The position numbers and the translations under genes were made by a program. The notes beneath the pieces were generated by a model, which did no database searches, was not told the DNA's origin, and worked only from the letters and a program-made list of their open reading frames with translations. Below are positions 26,190 through 38,953 of a stretch of DNA of 64,000 nt, in pieces (the first letter of the stretch is position 1; each line of letters opens with the position of its first letter). Source of the stretch: Eledone cirrhosa (Eukaryota). The stretch is taken from NCBI GenBank assembly GCA_964016885.1, contig OZ024743.1, positions 97,650,001 to 97,714,000 of the forward strand. Direction: 5' to 3'.

Positions 26190-27040
26190 CTCTCCGTGCT
26201 CTCTTTTTTCTCATTGCTCTACTTTCTCTCCTTTTCTCCTTGCTTTCCTTGCTCTACTTTTATCCTTTCTCTCCTTTCTCTCCTTGCTCTCCTTTCTCTC
26301 CTTTCTCTCCTTTCTCTCCTTGCTCTCTTTTCTCTCCTTGCTCTCCTTTTCTCCTTGCTCTACTTACTTTCCTTTTCTAATTAATCCCATTGCTCCCTTT
26401 GCTCTCCTTTTATCCTTGCTCACCTTTTCTCATTGCTCTCCTTGTTCTCCTTTATGCTTGCTCTCCTTTCCTCCTTTTCTCCTTGCTCTCCTTGGTCTCC
26501 TTGCTCTCATTTTATCCTTGCTCTCCTTTCTCTCCTTGCTCTCCTTTTATCCTTACTCGCCTTTTCTCATTGCTCTCCTTGTTCTCCTTTATCCTTGCTC
26601 TCCTTTCCTCCTTTTCTCCTTGTTCTCCCTGGTCTCCTTGCTCTCCTTGCTCTCCTTGCTCTCCTTTTATCCTTGCTCTCCTTCCTCTCCTTTTATCCTT
26701 GCTCTCCTTGGTCCCATTGCTCTCCTTGCTCTCATTTTCTCATTGCTCTCCTTGCTCTCCTTTATCCTTGCTATCCTTGCTATCCTTGCTATCCTTGCTC
26801 TCCTTTTATCCTTGCTCTCCTTGCTCTCCTTTATCATTGCTCTCCTTGTTCTCCTTTATCCTTGCTCTCCTTTCCTCCTTTTATTCTTGCTCTTCTTGCT
26901 CTCCTTTTATCCTTACTCTCCTTTCCTCCTTTTCTCATTGCTCTCCTTGCTCCCATTGCTCTCCTTGCTCTCATTTTCTCATTGCTCTCCTTGCTCTTCT
27001 GTTATCCTTGCTCTCCTTACTCTCCTTGCTCTCCCTTTCT
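26190..27040. repeat. CT-rich minisatellite, 9-bp base unit (TTGCTCTCC) with higher-order variants
   Basis: Direct reading; produces the low-complexity L/S/P ORFs. Confidence 0.9.
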
Positions 27041-27149
27041 TGTACTATCTATGTACTTGTTTATATACAAATACAATAAGAAAAGGGGAGCAAGGAGAAA
27101 TATGAAAGCAAAGATAGTAAGGATATATATATACATATATACATATATA

Positions 27150-27565
27150 TTTTGAGTATATGTTGGTTGTTTACCGACACCTCAGTATGCAGATTGGAGC
27201 ACTTGACGAAGTACGCAGGTTGCTTTGGTTACTCCGGAGTAATGTAAAATAAAGTAATTAAGTCAAATATTTAAAATTTAGTTTCGTTTATTAAGTATGT
27301 ACTGCTATATATATTTCGGTGACAGCCATCATTGGCTGATTCCAGTTCCTCAGAGAAATAACAACCCAATCAGGAGCTGGACATATCGGAGTATTGACGG
27401 AATAAAACACTTTAACAACACGTGTACCTGTCTCTACCACACCAATTCGGATTGCCTGAAGAGGTCACAGCCAATGATGGCTGTCACCGAAATATATATA
27501 GCAGTACATACTTAATAAACGAAGCCAAATTTTAAATATTTGACTTAATTACTTTATTTTACATA
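27150..27565 (+). mobile_element. PLE-like element: inverted arm with tail plus forward hammerhead-bearing segment
   Basis: 27243-27348 is the reverse complement of 27468-27565; same family as 7905-8225. Confidence 0.75.
27451..27505 (+). ncRNA. Minimal type-I hammerhead ribozyme motif, intact core
   Basis: attgc CTGAAGA ggtcacagcca-atga-tggctgtcacc GAAA tatata TA gcagt; 5-bp stem I, 10 of 11 pairs in stem II, self-complementary stem III. Confidence 0.85.
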
Positions 27566-27632
27566 CCATATGTGCCAATACCAAGTACTCATTTCTCTCA
27601 GCTGTCAACCACACACGGATATATATATATTA

Positions 27633-27994
27633 GGGTGGCTCTTAGCAATAGGTAATTTTCTGAAAGTTAAAATTGTGCTGCTCAAACAGCGAAATATAGG
27701 TGTTTGCCCTATATCTGCGCTCTGTCCCCAGCTTTGCAAGTTACCTTCCCCATTATATTTATTGTCACTTATCTTTCTAATACCAAGAATAAGTCTGAAC
27801 AAGGTTTTAATTTAAGAGAAAATTATATAAGATATAAATAAACCTGAAAAAATGACTTTCTTGGCGAAAACTTCAAAATGTCACGGTCAATGAGGGTCGC
27901 CTTACAGTTGTCTGCTTAGATTGTTTTTTTTTTTGTTAAATGGAAGAAGATAGTGGGGTGGGACCTTTAGAAAGTTGAAAAATAAGGGCCACCC
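27633..27994. mobile_element. Non-autonomous TIR element (Sola2-like MITE)
   Basis: Termini gggtggctctta / taagggccaccc within TA-rich flanks; left ~50 bp aligns to 25144-25195. Confidence 0.65.
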
Positions 27995-28002
27995 TAATAT
28001 AT

Positions 28003-28270
28003 ATATTATAAAGAACGAGGTATCAGTGTTGTCACATTTATTAATATATTACATATGCTTCTCCGTCAATCAGCTCGAGGCAAGATCTGTTACAGATAGA
28101 ACTCGACTCTGCATTCGAAGGATCTTCAGATAGATATGTATGTTAATAAATGTTAATAAATACAACACTGATTCCTCGTACTTTATAATATTATACTCGG
28201 CTCTGCGCGAGCATCGAGTGCTCAACCGGCATACCGCCTACGAACGCATTTACCTGTAACCCGACAATTT

Positions 28271-28275
<5 letters not shown>
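28003..28275. mobile_element. Family D fold-back element with long-stem-II hammerhead on minus strand (28047-28132)
   Basis: Arms tattataaagaacgagg..tcagtgttg / caacactgattcctcgtactttataata; minus core tat CTGAAGA tcc...gga GAAGC atat GTA ata. Confidence 0.65.
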
Positions 28276-28319
<44 letters not shown>

Positions 28320-28370
28320 CAAGAAAGAAGAGTGACACGTTTGCTATACAAAAAAGGTTTTTAATCACTT

Positions 28371-28478
28371 TGCTGACAATTGTTTCCCTCAACTGGTAGG
28401 TCTAGAGATCGCTACCCGCGTGTTTTCGCGCCAATCGATCACCAATACAAAGCTGTAACCAGTCAATTCATCAGAGCT
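28371..28478 (-). ncRNA. Hammerhead motif with ~80-nt expanded stem II in the PLE 3' region
   Basis: Minus: gct CTGATGA a-ttgactggt ... accagttga-gg GAAAC aatt GTC agc; palindromic stem III ACAATTGT. Confidence 0.7.
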
Positions 28479-29399
28479 AGCGAGAATGAAGGGAATACAC
28501 AGGCATGACTTCTATATATAGTAGTAGCATTCAATCAGAACAATAACAGCAATACTAACAGTGCTAGCAATAACATATTTGAAATAATCACATCAATCTA
28601 AGTAAGACATAGAGTATACTTAAGACTTTAGCATGTAAAACGAGTTGATATGAGGCAGATGTATGAAATTGACATGTAAAAGCTGTCATAGGGTGTATTA
28701 TATATAGTGTAGAGATAAGCAGGGGCTTTAAACAATGTACCATTTCCTTTACCGTAGGTCTGGTGACCGTAAGAATTATTTATTATCTGACAGATAAAAT
28801 ATTTATGATTGTAGCGAGGATAGTAATTTTGTGGTGTGAGGTGGGTTCAATATTTATGTGGTCTATATTAGATGAAGGAACTGTTAGTTAGAATTATGGG
28901 GTTGTTTAGTTTTCACATCATCAATAACATACATGTATAAGATAACACTAACACAGTAGCAATATAATAGGTAGGTTAATACAGAGGTTAAGGAGGCAAT
29001 ATACATATAGAGAGAGAAAAGATGCTGACTACAATTATAACAACAGGAGGAAGGTGATGTTTTACTGTGGTAGTATTCTGAAAATGTACTTGGATTTACG
29101 TTCATCTGTTGAGAATCAAGGGTGAGGAAGTTGTGTTGACAGCAGCTGAGAAGGGATATATTTATGGGTTGATAAGATATTTGCAGTGGTATAGAATTAA
29201 GAAGACTAGAATCTGCTTAATGAGTATTATAGTTCTGTGGTGGTCTGTGTAATAGCGTGGATATCATATGTTGAATGTTAAGTTATGTTGGTTCGATTCA
29301 CGGTGGCTTAAATCTTGTGAATTTAGTGGCGATCCTGTGTCTGCAGAAAATTGATCTTTCTATCTTGTTGTTGAGTAGCCTTTTTTCATTCCTAAGGGA

Positions 29400-30350
29400 T
29401 ATACAGTAATTCAAGATCACAGAGACTACATAGGACATACCTCGACCAGTTGATATTGTAGTTGGTGCTATTGTCCTTAAGTTCCCAGAATTTTTGGGCG
29501 AGGGTTGTAGAACCTATAAGTGCACGGTTCTTCATCTTGTGTCTGTGCACATACCATCTTTTGTTTTAAAGTACCCGCGGTGGATCCAATGTAATGCCAA
29601 GTGGAGTTGCCTGATTTCACCGTACACATGTACACTAGGCTCGAATCAAGGCATCTGTTCACCAATGGGCACCTGTCCGGTAGGTGACAGTTGCAGTTTG
29701 AGGTGTTGTTCTGTGCAGCTTCCACACTGATGTTTTGCACACTGCTATAAGTAGGTTGTGATTCGTGCCCGTTGAGGTTTTGCTGCTGCGTTCTTGTATG
29801 AGTTTGCGGTTGTGATACTGTGATGTGTTTATGTTTAGAATTTGGTGCTATGTTGCGCATAGGTGGGGCTGTTTCCCTAGAGGTATTTCTGTTGTTGATC
29901 TTGCGTATGTGTGATTCTATATTTGCAGCCGTAGAGTATGAGAGTTTTATAGTTTTTCTACTGAGGATTTTATGATATCTGTGTGATATAGGGAAGTGTT
30001 TATCTATTAGTTTAAAGAAAGTAGAAGGCACTCTAGTTTTTACAGAGGAGTTGAAGATTGGATTGAACCACAGGTATTATCTTTCTCTGATTCTTCTATT
30101 GTTTCCAGGGTTTACATTATTGGTGTTTAGACCACTTACTCTAGGTGATACGTGCCTAACTCTATGTCTAGTCCTGTTACCTCTATTGTTGTGTGAGCGG
30201 TTGGTGTCATTGTTAGTAGGTTTGTTTGAATTGTCTTTATTCGTTATAAACTGCAGCTTTTTTGTGTGTCCGGCCCTATGTAATGCCGCGTTATAATAGT
30301 TAGCATGTTCATTAAAAATGTCTAGGTTTGAGGATAAGCGGGATAAGCGG
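29400..30350 (-). pseudogene. PLE RT-thumb/linker/GIY-YIG coding remnant (stop and frameshift)
   Basis: ORFs 30077..30484 (3' part) and 29477..30031; VY..YIG motif preceded by CxC..C..C. Confidence 0.75.
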
Positions 30351-30430
30351 GATATATATATATATATATATAGTATTGAATAAAGTGACAGGAGCCCGGA
30401 TGGTTGAAGTTCCCTTAAAGTTTTTATTTT

Positions 30431-30497
30431 TGCAGACAGTATATATATTTCAAATGTCTGTCTGTACAATTCCATTGACATCATCAGGTGTTTTGCA
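30431..30497 (-). ncRNA. Hammerhead motif in TA-flanked mini-element 30372-30545
   Basis: Minus: tgcaaaacac CTGATGA tgtc...gaca ttt GAAA tatata TA ctgtctgca. Confidence 0.6.
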
Positions 30498-30565
30498 TAA
30501 CAATCATAAACGTATTATGGTAAACACCAACTTCAATGTATACATATTTATATATATATATATAT

Positions 30566-30626
<61 letters not shown>

Positions 30627-30627
30627 C

Positions 30628-30694
<67 letters not shown>

Positions 30695-30802
30695 TGTGTG
30701 TGTGTGTGTGCGCGCGCGCGTATGTGTGTGTGTGTGTGTGTCCCAAGGCTCTGATACCATCAACACCATAAACACAGAGCTGGCATATCTAAGAACTGAC
30801 TA

Positions 30803-30858
30803 ACTGCCTAATGAGGTCATAGCCATTCAATGGCTATCATCGAAATAAATATAGCAGT
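30803..30858 (+). ncRNA. Hammerhead motif with G5A change in mini-element 30745-30905
   Basis: actgc CTAATGA ggtcatagcca-ttcaa-tggctatcatc GAAA taaata TA gcagt. Confidence 0.65.
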
Positions 30859-30905
30859 AAATAAAGGATTATTAGTTCATGCAATTGACTTATGTTTCGT
30901 CACTA

Positions 30906-30948
<43 letters not shown>

Positions 30949-30974
30949 TAAAATTTAGCTTTGGCATAGCTGCA

Positions 30975-31450
30975 TACATACATGTGTACGAATTTTGTAT
31001 ATCTAAATATATACGGTATATTCAATAAACAGACATTTGAAAGCCCAGCTATGAATGTTGAAATGCTGACGGCTAGCGCCGTTAACGGATTCCAGCAGCA
31101 GCAGCGGAGGATAACGGTCTGTTCATTTCATGTTACTGGCGCTCATCAGGACAATGCTTTCCCGTGTTCTCTGCTAGTACTTTGAACAAGCGAAAATATA
31201 TTGATTTTGCGCCTGTGTAGGTGAGCTGATTAGCCTCATTTGCAAATGAAGCTATATAAGCTGGCTTAAATTAAAAGTGGAATAAAAATTTACCTTCGCT
31301 TCTGCATAGTTGTATATGAATCTGCTGGAATCCGCTAGACGGCGGGGGCCATCAGTCTTTCAATAGTCATAGCTAGGCTTTCAAAATGTTTATTTATTAA
31401 ACATATCATATATCTTTAGATATATGAAATTTAAATACATGTATATACAT
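30975..31450. mobile_element. Diverged inverted-repeat element (MITE or old fold-back)
   Basis: 30975-31098 vs 31322-31447 inverted, e.g. gccgttaacggattccagcag / ctgctggaatccgctagacggc. Confidence 0.5.
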
Positions 31451-32139
31451 CCTTCATCTTGGATATTGTTAAGAGTCAGATTGCTAGGAATCTGGAACAG
31501 TCTAAGTATCAGGAGCAGTTGTGACGGAGTTCATGGTAACACAGGTATTTTGCATTTGCTTTAATTTGCAAATTTGTTTGATTTTACTCCAACTAAATGA
31601 ATACATCGGAATGTAGTCAAGTAATATATAAGGCAATATCCCGACCTGCCCAAATAATTCATGTTATTAATTTTGACGAAAGATTTAGGACCAATCGTTG
31701 TCTGATATGATGCCAACGGTGAAACTAATCCATTTTACTAGAATTTTAAAAAAGAACACACACGTGCAACAAATGCTATTCCCTTCTGTTTAATCAGCAA
31801 ACGTGAGAAAATTCAATATTAGACATTCTAATCACTAATTTGAGTTAATAAAATGAAACAACCTTACTTACTGTCACATGAGTAGTTTTGCTTTCTTTTC
31901 TGTCTTAAAATGGAGGTTATATAATTAGCGCTAATATAAATTTACGTGGAAATTCTTAGCAACCAGTTCATTATGAAATTATCATATCCATAGAGAAAGT
32001 TTTCAAAACTTCTGTGACCAATACAGTATAATTTTCTATTTGATTTACATTCAAAATATTTCATCGTGTCTCTCATTAAGAGAATGTACCTATAATGACA
32101 TATTTCAAGGTAATAACATGAAGAAAGACTCGAGGATTT

Positions 32140-32542
32140 ATATATATAATAAATGTAATCTGAGTATTTCGAATATTAATAATAACATTCGATTCGTTTA
32201 CAATTATGCAAACAAGCCTCAATTTTATAGCCATGTCAGTAGAATGACACTTCATTCTTGCTCTTGTGTTGGCATGCGAACAGAACTGCAGACACTAATG
32301 TTTCTGGGTATCACCCTTCATCAATACACCTCACTGTTCACCTGCCAAACTGTCAGAGCTGTACTGATGAAGGGTAATACCCAGTAACATTAGTGTCTGC
32401 AGTTCTGTTCGCATGCCAACACAAGAGCAAGAATGAAGTGTTCATTCTACTGACATGGCTATAAAATTGAGGCTTGTTTGCATAATTGTAAACGAATCGA
32501 CAGATTACATTTATTGTATTCAGCCATGTAGAGCGACATTTT

Positions 32543-32545
<3 letters not shown>
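32140..32545 (+). mobile_element. Family F fold-back element with hammerhead in both arms
   Basis: ~140-bp inverted arms 32189-32327 / 32361-32500; tail also at 42625-42690 in reverse orientation. Confidence 0.75.
32359..32402 (+). ncRNA. Hammerhead motif (GAAA to GTAA); mirror copy on minus 32286-32328 has GAAA but TTGATGA
   Basis: ctgta CTGATGA a-gggt-aat-accc-a GTAAC attagt GTC tgcag; 5-bp stem I. Confidence 0.7.
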
Positions 32546-32618
<73 letters not shown>

Positions 32619-32719
32619 AAGGTAAATACATGTGGTGTCTTAATCGAACTAGGAAATAGGAAAAAGAACAACAGATCTTGTGTATCTATCTATGTATTTT
32701 AAGGAGACGCGCTAAGTAA

Positions 32720-32892
32720 TTAGAGAAATGGGGTAATTCGATCAAATCGACCCTAGTATGTGACTGATACATTATTATATAGATCCTTTTACCTGAAGGA
32801 CAAAGTTGACCCCATCCAGATTTGAACTCAGAACGGATAGAGATGCAAAGTATTTTGCTCAGCGCTTTAAGGATTCCGCTAATCCATCGCTT
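32720..32892 (-). mobile_element. Degenerate main-family SINE
   Basis: gaaggacaaagttgacccc..gatttgaactcagaac; similar old copies at about 9375-9465, 40255-40415, 41455-41625, 54845-55035. Confidence 0.6.
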
Positions 32893-35800
32893 TCAGATAA
32901 TGGAGGAATGATGAACAGTGACTGTTAGTTAAACTGAAATGGTATATGTTAAAGAAAGTGTTTAGATGATAGAGTTAGTTCTTAACACTAAGTTACACGG
33001 AAGTGGGAAGTGGAAATCCGTTTTCCCTCTTCACAACATTTCACACATTATCATCAATTGATTTTATACTATACACAATCAAAATATGAAACCACTTCCT
33101 CTAATATCCCGCGTTATCACCAAAACTATTCTTACATATGCTCACATCATTGGGATAAACCTTTACTACACTCAAAACTATTGAAATCGGTATTATGCTA
33201 TCAACAAGAAGATATTTCTTCGTGTACAATAACACCACCAAAATAACAAAAACATACACTGTACCAGTAAACAATTTGATTGGAAAGAGTATGCGTAAGT
33301 TTTCTCAGAAGGTAGCCACACCATTGGAAAAAATATTCTACAATCCTTGCCCTAGAATTACACCTCCTAAGAAACTTAAACTTATAAACCATTGCTCATA
33401 AACCAAGGATTTATTATATTTTACTTATGTATGCTTATTATTTCGAGTGTTTATATATATGTATGCATGTGTATCTGTCTGTCTGTATGTATGTATGTGC
33501 GTGTGTGATATAAGAGCGTATGTATATATGTGTATGGGTAGCGTTATTTTTTTTAATCGCTTGGAGAGCTCGGAGCAGCGCTCATAATAGCTCACAGTTC
33601 TGAATCGCACCTTATTTTGTTCTGTATTGAAATCTAACTGGAATATACACCATTAGTAAAATTAGATAAATATGATTTAAGACAGATTTGGTTTCTTACT
33701 TTAGCTGTTCGAGCTAATGGTACACTTTTAGAAAGTTCACTTGCGAGTCAGCTTTGAATCCATTCTTAAACTGCTAAAGCCCCTGTGAAATACATAGTTT
33801 ACACAACTCTATTGAATAGAAGCTCTTTGAATCTGTACAAGAACAAAACTAATTGTGTTTACATGTGGGAATATGAATTGTTTAGTTTGGTAATATTCAC
33901 ATAATTCTGAAGGTATATTGAGATAAATTACTTATTTATTTAAACTCCTTTAAACAATGATGAAGTTATTATTCCCTCTGGTATTTGACAATGTTTAGTT
34001 GCAAGAGATAATTAGGTGTAATCATTAGGGTGTCACAGATATTTTAATTTTGAATTAAGGAAATAGCAAAATATGTTAAAGCATGTCATCATGGGATTTG
34101 AGCAGTAACACTGATTAATAAAATAGAAAATTATAGTAAAATCCTTACATTTGATTCTCTCGAAAATTCTAATATATCCTCAAGTATAATAAAGAAATAT
34201 AATTGAAATTATAGGAGTGTTTGATTGCAAAATTTCCATCGCCTAGTTCTTGTATTCATGAGTTGTGCCAATTATAGTATTCAAAGGACGGCAAAAAATG
34301 TTTACCTTACAGCTGCAAGTGAATCATTAATTGCATTAGGTAGAAATACTAAAATGTTTATCAAATACTGCCTGGAGTTATTTAAAAAAAAAACTCTGAA
34401 TATTAAGAAATATCAAGGGACCTAATGAGAAATTAAATATAAAGGGAATTGATATAACAAACTTCTCCCCATAGATATGTTGATATTAAATAAATGTGAA
34501 GGGAATATATATGAATTATATTAAATGTCATTTAAATGATGAAATCAGTGTATAGATGTTCATCTTAAATAAGAGAGATATCGTAACCAGAATTATGAAA
34601 GCCTATTAACTATCATTAAGCGAAACGAGCAAAATATGAAATATGTTTCATTATATCTTTTTCGTTTATATTACGTAAGTATCATAAATATCATGAGTTG
34701 ATAAATTTAAATCTTTCATCGACATAAGCATCGAAATAATTTGTTTAACTTTAAGAATGATCAGAAGGTATGTAATATTTTATGAGGGTTTTATAAACAA
34801 ACGTAAAAGTTATTAAAATCCAGAGGTATTTCGAGTTTTATTGAAATTCAAAATTTTTAGATAATAAAGAGCCATTGGGTTTATTTCTATTTATTGATGG
34901 GTTGCACCCGATAGAAATCATGATCAGATTTTGTTTCTGAACCTCTGATTTACTGGCAATTAATTTAGAAAAGTGGGTTGCATTATTAATAGAGCAGTGT
35001 AAATATTAATCTAATTAGAATTGTTATCAATTGAAAATATTTATTTTTTTCTCGACAAAGTTAATTAAAATTTCCCATAATATTGCTGTTTCTCACCAAC
35101 GCCAAGATTAAACATTTATAATAAGCTTCTAGTATGTCATAAATGTGCAATAATATATTTTGAAAGACTTCAAAGGATTTGTTCTTGGAATTAAATGCAC
35201 ACTTTAGAGTTTGATCAACTCATACACCTGCAAACGCGACAAAACGGATGACAGAATTAACATATTTCACATGACAAAATATCAATTCATATATCTTGAG
35301 TTTTAGATAATAACAAGGTGACAAACTCTGTATAGTGATAGCATAGAGTATATCTTATATAGAATAAGAGGTTGTGACAAGGATAACACTCAGAATATAC
35401 AATGTCTAATTTTTACTTAAATAGATATATAAAGATATCGTAGGCTTTAATAGCTGTAGAGTACTTTCGTTAGAATATAATATTTAGAAAATAAGAGTCA
35501 TTCTTGAATAATTCCCCGTGACAGCGTTGGCATCAATAATACTTTTGATATTTTCCAAGCCGACTTTTATACACACTTTTAATAAGGGTTACAATGGAAT
35601 ATAGATTCGTATTTAGGTATTATTCTAATAAATAATTGAGGACAAATGATACTCAAATTGAAGCATACTCGGAAAAAGAAGAACTATTTTGGTTGTAAGA
35701 AAAATGGAAATATAATGTATGAAACAAGGAGATAGATTTAGGCAAAATTTGTATCATATATTTTTTATAATAAAATAAATGTTAACCATTTGCATACATA

Positions 35801-35956
35801 TATAAATGGCAAATATGCGAACAAAATTATTATAGTCGTATAAACAGACATATATATATTCATATAAACATGAAATATCTCATCTCAATATATAAATATT
35901 TGATTGCATTGTACTTATGAAAATAGTAATATTGATAAACGAATATATATATATAC

Positions 35957-35996
<40 letters not shown>

Positions 35997-36177
35997 ACAT
36001 GTATGTATGTAAGCATGTATGTATGTATGCATGTATGCATGAATGTATGTATCTATGTATGTATGCAAAAGGCAAACAGAAATGACCAAACAACGACGCA
36101 GTACAATGAAGAAATATATTATTAGTTTTATAATTGATATAGTAGGAATAGAGTTTTAACGTTTCGGATGCTACCCC

Positions 36178-36324
<147 letters not shown>

Positions 36325-36726
36325 ATATGTATACTGAAAACAGATACGAGAAGTTCGTTGTCTTCACATATCGAAATGGATGGTACTATTTATATATACA
36401 CATATAAATAGTATGTACTGTCTACATCCATTTCGATATATGTATGTATGTATGTGTGTGTTTGCGTGTCGGGGCGTGGGTATGTGTACATATATACACA
36501 CGTAAAATGTACATACGTTTTCCCTAGATTAAAAAATTAAAATATAATTGTTGAAATATCTAGTAATCCTAAACATGAATACACAATAAACAGATATCAG
36601 GTAAGATTCAAATATATATAACTACAGTTTTAAAATATTGACCTCGCTGTGAAAAGGAAACAACTTTGAGGACATGTTCAAAATCTCTTTGCACACAGAT
36701 AAACCTAACTTTGTTTTTGTACTAAG

Positions 36727-36794
<68 letters not shown>

Positions 36795-36822
36795 GTTATA
36801 TATATATATATATATATATATA

Positions 36823-36862
<40 letters not shown>

Positions 36863-36869
36863 TATATAG

Positions 36870-36904
<35 letters not shown>

Positions 36905-36922
36905 ATATTTATAGTATATATA

Positions 36923-36984
<62 letters not shown>

Positions 36985-37143
36985 TATATATATAAATATA
37001 TATATATATATGGTGCTGAACTGGCATACCGCCTATAGACGCATCCAAGAAACCTTACTACAAATATATATATGGAGATATATATATATCCATATTTATA
37101 TATATATATATATGTGTGTGTGTGTGCGTGTGTGTACGTGTGC

Positions 37144-37182
<39 letters not shown>

Positions 37183-37205
37183 TGTGTGTGTGTGTGTGGG
37201 TGTGT

Positions 37206-37252
<47 letters not shown>

Positions 37253-37767
37253 TGTGTGTGTAAGTATACATACTTATGCAGTAATCCCGCATAGGGTTAC
37301 ACACCGTTCTTCCTGATCACATACTTTTGTCTATCGATTCTCATATATGGATTATTATTTATATATTGACGCTTTAGGAGTATATGATTTATATCTTTCC
37401 TACGGACTAAAATAAATATAGTTACGTAAAAATATGAAAGGAATGATTAATCGCCAAATGCTAAATTTTCACAAGATTGGCAGCACTAACATTGGTAACA
37501 TAGTTTTCTATATACTCAGGTATATGAAATGTGTCGTTGATTTTCCTTCACACGATTTGAGATTTTTGACCCCTGGTTTTTTTATATTAATTTTTTAATA
37601 AGGTGGCTGCATATTGCGTCATAATATAATTGGTTAATGTGAGTGATAAAGTTTTATACTAAATAGATAACTGAACATTCCAAGAAAGAAACTGCAATAA
37701 AGATATTGAACCATATTGCATTTATAATGACTGTAATGATGACATTTTACATTTCAATGCCAGCAAA

Positions 37768-38953
37768 AGTGCTGACTATAACACTATAGTGCTGACTATA
37801 ACACTATAGTGCTGACTATAACACTATAGTGCTGACTATAACACTATAGAGCTGACTATAACACTATAGAGCTGACTATAACACTATAGAGCTGACTATA
37901 ACATTATAGAGCTGACTATAACACTATAGAGCTGACTATAACACTATAGTGCTGACTATAACACTATAGTGCTGACTATAACACTATAGAGCTGACTATA
38001 ACACTATAGAGCTGACTATAACAATATAGAGCTGACTATAACACTATAGAGCTGACTATAACACTATAGTGCTGACTATAACACTATAAAGCTGACTATA
38101 ACACTATAGAGCTGACTATAACACTATAGAGCTTACTATAACACTATAGAGCTGACTATAACACTATAGAGCTGACTATAATACTATAGAGCTGACTAAA
38201 ACACTATAGTGCTGACTATAACACTATAGAGCTGACTATAACATTATAGAGCTGACTATAACACTATAGTGCTGAATAATACACTATAGTGCTGACTATA
38301 ACACTATTGTGCTGACTATAACACTAAAGTGCTGACTATAACACTATAGTGCTGACAATAACACTATAGTGCTGACTATAACACTATAGAGCTGACTATA
38401 ACACTATAGTGCTGACTATAACACTATAGTGCTGACTATAACACTATAGTGCTGACTATAACACTATAGTGCTGACTATAACACTATAGAGCTGACTATA
38501 ACACTATAGTGATGACTATAACACTATAGAGCTGACTATAACACTATAGTGCTGACTATAACACTATAGAGCTGACTATAACACTATAGTGCTGACTATA
38601 ACACTATAGAGCTGACTATAACACTATAGTGCTGACTATAACACTATAGTGCTGACTATAACACTGTAGAGCTGACTATAACACTATAGTGCTGACTATA
38701 ACACTATAGTGCTGACTATAACACTATAGAGCTGACTATAACACTATAGTGCTGACTATAACACTATAGAGCTGACTATAACACTATAGTGCTGACTATA
38801 ACACTATAGAGCTGACTATAACACTATAGAGCTGACTATAACACTATAGAGCTGACTATAACACTATAGAGCTGACTATAACACTATAGTGCTGACTATA
38901 ACACTATAGAGCTGACTATAACACTATAGTGCTGACTATAACACTATAGAGCA
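37768..38953. repeat. 20-bp tandem satellite ACACTATAG(T/A)GCTGACTATA, about 59 units
   Basis: Direct reading; exact 20-bp phase kept throughout. Confidence 0.97.

Larger units (their letters stand above)
28316..30350 (-). mobile_element. 5'-truncated Penelope-like retroelement (C-terminal GIY-YIG; resembles Hydra-type PLEs)
   Basis: RLSRLSSNLDIFNEHANYYNAALHRAG...*YLWFNP...FFKLIDKHFP..HKILSRKTIKLSYS...CNCHLPDRCPLVNRC..SLVYMC...HYIGST; long 3' region with HHR; both ends in (TA)n. Confidence 0.8.

Noticed and set aside
26190-27040. Collagen-like (Gly-Glu-Gln)n reading on the minus strand, and Leu/Ser-rich plus-strand ORFs
   Set aside because: The Gly-X-Y frame contains recurrent TAA/TGA and unit-length shifts; plus ORFs stay open only because the strand is A-poor.
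37768-38953. CRISPR-like array, or SP6 promoter-like ACACTATAGA
   Set aside because: No unique spacers or cas genes, eukaryotic context, and only a partial coincidental promoter match.
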